Position numbers and translations under genes: made by a program | Shown: positions 62,836 through 64,000 of the stretch, one piece after another | Layout of the letters: each line of letters starts with the position of its first letter | How positions within the stretch are numbered: the stretch's first letter is position 1 | Notes under the pieces: model-generated | The model's input: only the letters and a program-made list of their open reading frames with translations | Told to the model about the DNA's origin: nothing | The model's database searches: none | IMG/VR virus record: IMGVR_UViG_3300014205_000205 | Coordinates: 1-64,000 of that record | Strand: one strand, 5' to 3' | DNA length: 64,000 nt | Origin: a virus | Lineage: Duplodnaviria > Caudoviricetes

Positions 62836-63415
62836 TGGGTAGTTCACGGTAGGCAGAACCCGTGCAAGCCCCGATTAGCCTTTATCCGTGGCTTGACTTA
62901 CCGGCGGACGGGCGGGTCCGGTTGGCTAAGACCGTTGACCCCATTCCCCGCGGCGCTTAGGCCCTTAAATTCTCCCTTAACCTGCCTACCGTCAATTACC
63001 CAGGTCTCCTTGTTCCACAATGGCGTCGCAAGTACAAAGCCCCTGCACTGGCATATTGGCATCCCTGATAACATACGCCCCCGCCTCTTCAGCGAGGGCG
63101 TCGTATAGTCTCAGGGATTCTGTCCCATTTACTCGTGCCAACCACCCCCTAGTTTGGCCGATGCTTCGTTGCCCGCGCTTCCCGTTGCTGGGGTTCTCGG
63201 GACGTGACCAGAAGGACGGCTTCCTCTGGGCTCGTGTGTTTGTGCCTGCCTTGTGGATGGCCTGTGAACCATTGTGGTCGGGCTGATGACATGCCTGCCC
63301 AAGTAGGCCCGCAGGTTCTGAATGGGCCAAAACACTATGGTTTGGTCGGGCTGATTTCGCCATGGCCGGGGGCCGTAACGCCGCCCCTGTTCATGGGCTA
63401 TAGGTCGCCAGCCGT
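62836..63415 (-). ncRNA. Candidate large structured ncRNA (about 580 nt) directly 3' of the tRNA
   Basis: 22-nt near-perfect helix 63003-62982/62857-62836, long hairpin 63061-63118, hairpin 63208-63229, no convincing ORF. Confidence 0.5.
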
Positions 63416-63491
63416 TGGCAGGGGCAGCAGGATTCGAACCTACGCATCCGGGAGTCAAAGTCCCGCGCCTTACCAACTTGGCTATACCCCT
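63416..63491 (-). tRNA. tRNA-Gln (anticodon TTG), 76 nt, CCA encoded
   Basis: Acceptor AGGGGTA/TGCCCCT-G-CCA; anticodon arm CGGGA-CTTTGAC-TCCCG; T loop GGTTCGAATCC. Confidence 0.96.
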
Positions 63492-63586
63492 GTGAAACTT
63501 TGGCTGGACAGTTACGGAGCCCGCCGAACTGAATCGGTATGGTCCGCAGACCGAGCTTGCCGCCGACCGTCCAAAGGTTGTTGCCA

Positions 63587-63874
63587 TTACTTACGTTCAA
63601 CCGTCAGAACATCGCTGGTCCGATAGCCGCGCGCCTTGCGCTTGCCTTTTGGCTTGATGGCTACACGATAACTTGGTAACCAAACCGCTCCAGGTGTGGG
63701 GGTGTCATACGCTGACCATGTGCCCAAACCGCCAACCTCGTAATATCCGTCGTGTACCGATGGAGCGGCAATGGTGCCCTCTCTGGTCCACGGTGTTTGG
63801 TCAAAGCATAACCCTGTCAGGACCACACGCTCCCCAGGCTTTAGGGCAAGTATCTCTTCGGGTGTGAGCACCAT
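63587..63874 (-). CDS. Hypothetical protein
   Basis: 95 aa; GGAGGGG RBS. Confidence 0.7.
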   Translation of the reverse strand: MVLTPEEILALKPGERVVLTGLCFDQTPWTREGTIAAPSVHDGYYEVGGLGTWSAYDTPTPGAVWLPSYRVAIKPKGKRKARGYRTSDVLTVERK

Positions 63875-64000
63875 CCGTTCCCCTCCGCTCTACCGATACA
63901 GCCGCCGCCAATAGTTGTGCTCCCTGTCGTGCTCCTCTTTCCGCACTTGTGCCGCTTCAGGGGTGTTGTAATCCTTCAGGCGCTCCCGGACGTAATCGCG

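Larger units (their letters stand above)
1..64000. mobile_element. Tailed (siphovirus-like) phage or prophage, both ends outside the window
   Basis: Ordered terS-terL-portal-gp7-protease-scaffold-MCP-neck-tail tube-TAC-tape measure-lysis set on - strand; no tail sheath; no host core genes. Confidence 0.95.

Noticed and set aside
63340-63415. Theta/HDV-like ribozyme at the tRNA 3' end
   Set aside because: Could not thread the HDV nested double pseudoknot or its L3 and J4/2 motifs, and the tRNA already encodes CCA; a covariance-model search would settle it.
1-64000. CRISPR array, anti-CRISPR repeat unit, rRNA, or reverse transcriptase/DGR
   Set aside because: No regularly spaced 23-47 bp repeats, rRNA signatures or YxDD RT ORF seen by eye; a short degenerate repeat could have been missed.

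Overview
The whole 64 kb window looks like part of one tailed phage or prophage genome, entered and left mid-gene. It has no host housekeeping genes. GGAGG ribosome binding sites, sigmaA-type promoters, an XkdF-type protease, a RinA/ArpU-type activator and stalk domains suggest a high-GC Bacillota host (inference). Layout: (1) 1-9869, mostly + strand, an early/accessory block containing a SNF2 helicase, a degenerate SNF2 paralogue, a PAPS-reductase (IbrA-like), a ParB/Srx (IbrB-like) protein and two GNATs. (2) About 9.9-53 kb, - strand, the late region: terS, terL, portal, gp7/MuF, protease, scaffold, decoration, major capsid, neck, duplicated tail terminator and tail tube genes, tape measure, tail proteins, a tyrosine recombinase, and a lysis block with an S8 protease, amidase and papain-like peptidase. 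(3) 53-64 kb, early/middle genes, including a + strand island with two operator-containing promoters, HNH-AP2, Bro-N, HigA-like and tRNA-Gln(UUG). The standout is a near-complete nonulosonic acid (pseudaminic/legionaminic-like) pathway interleaved with the packaging and head genes. It comprises PseB, a class III aminotransferase, a PseH-like GNAT, NeuB, an SpsF cytidylyltransferase, PIG-L, ATP-grasp, oxidoreductase, epimerase and methyltransferase. A CstII/Maf-like sialyltransferase-fold gene lies three genes downstream of the capsid decoration-repeat gene, and the virion proteins are unusually Ser/Thr-rich. Together these suggest the phage makes a sialic-acid-like sugar and coats its own virion with it (inference). 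Also notable are three intergenic RNA elements sharing one three-way-junction/pseudoknot topology, and a roughly 580-nt structured tract directly 3' of the tRNA. All family calls come from motif recognition by eye; no searches were run.
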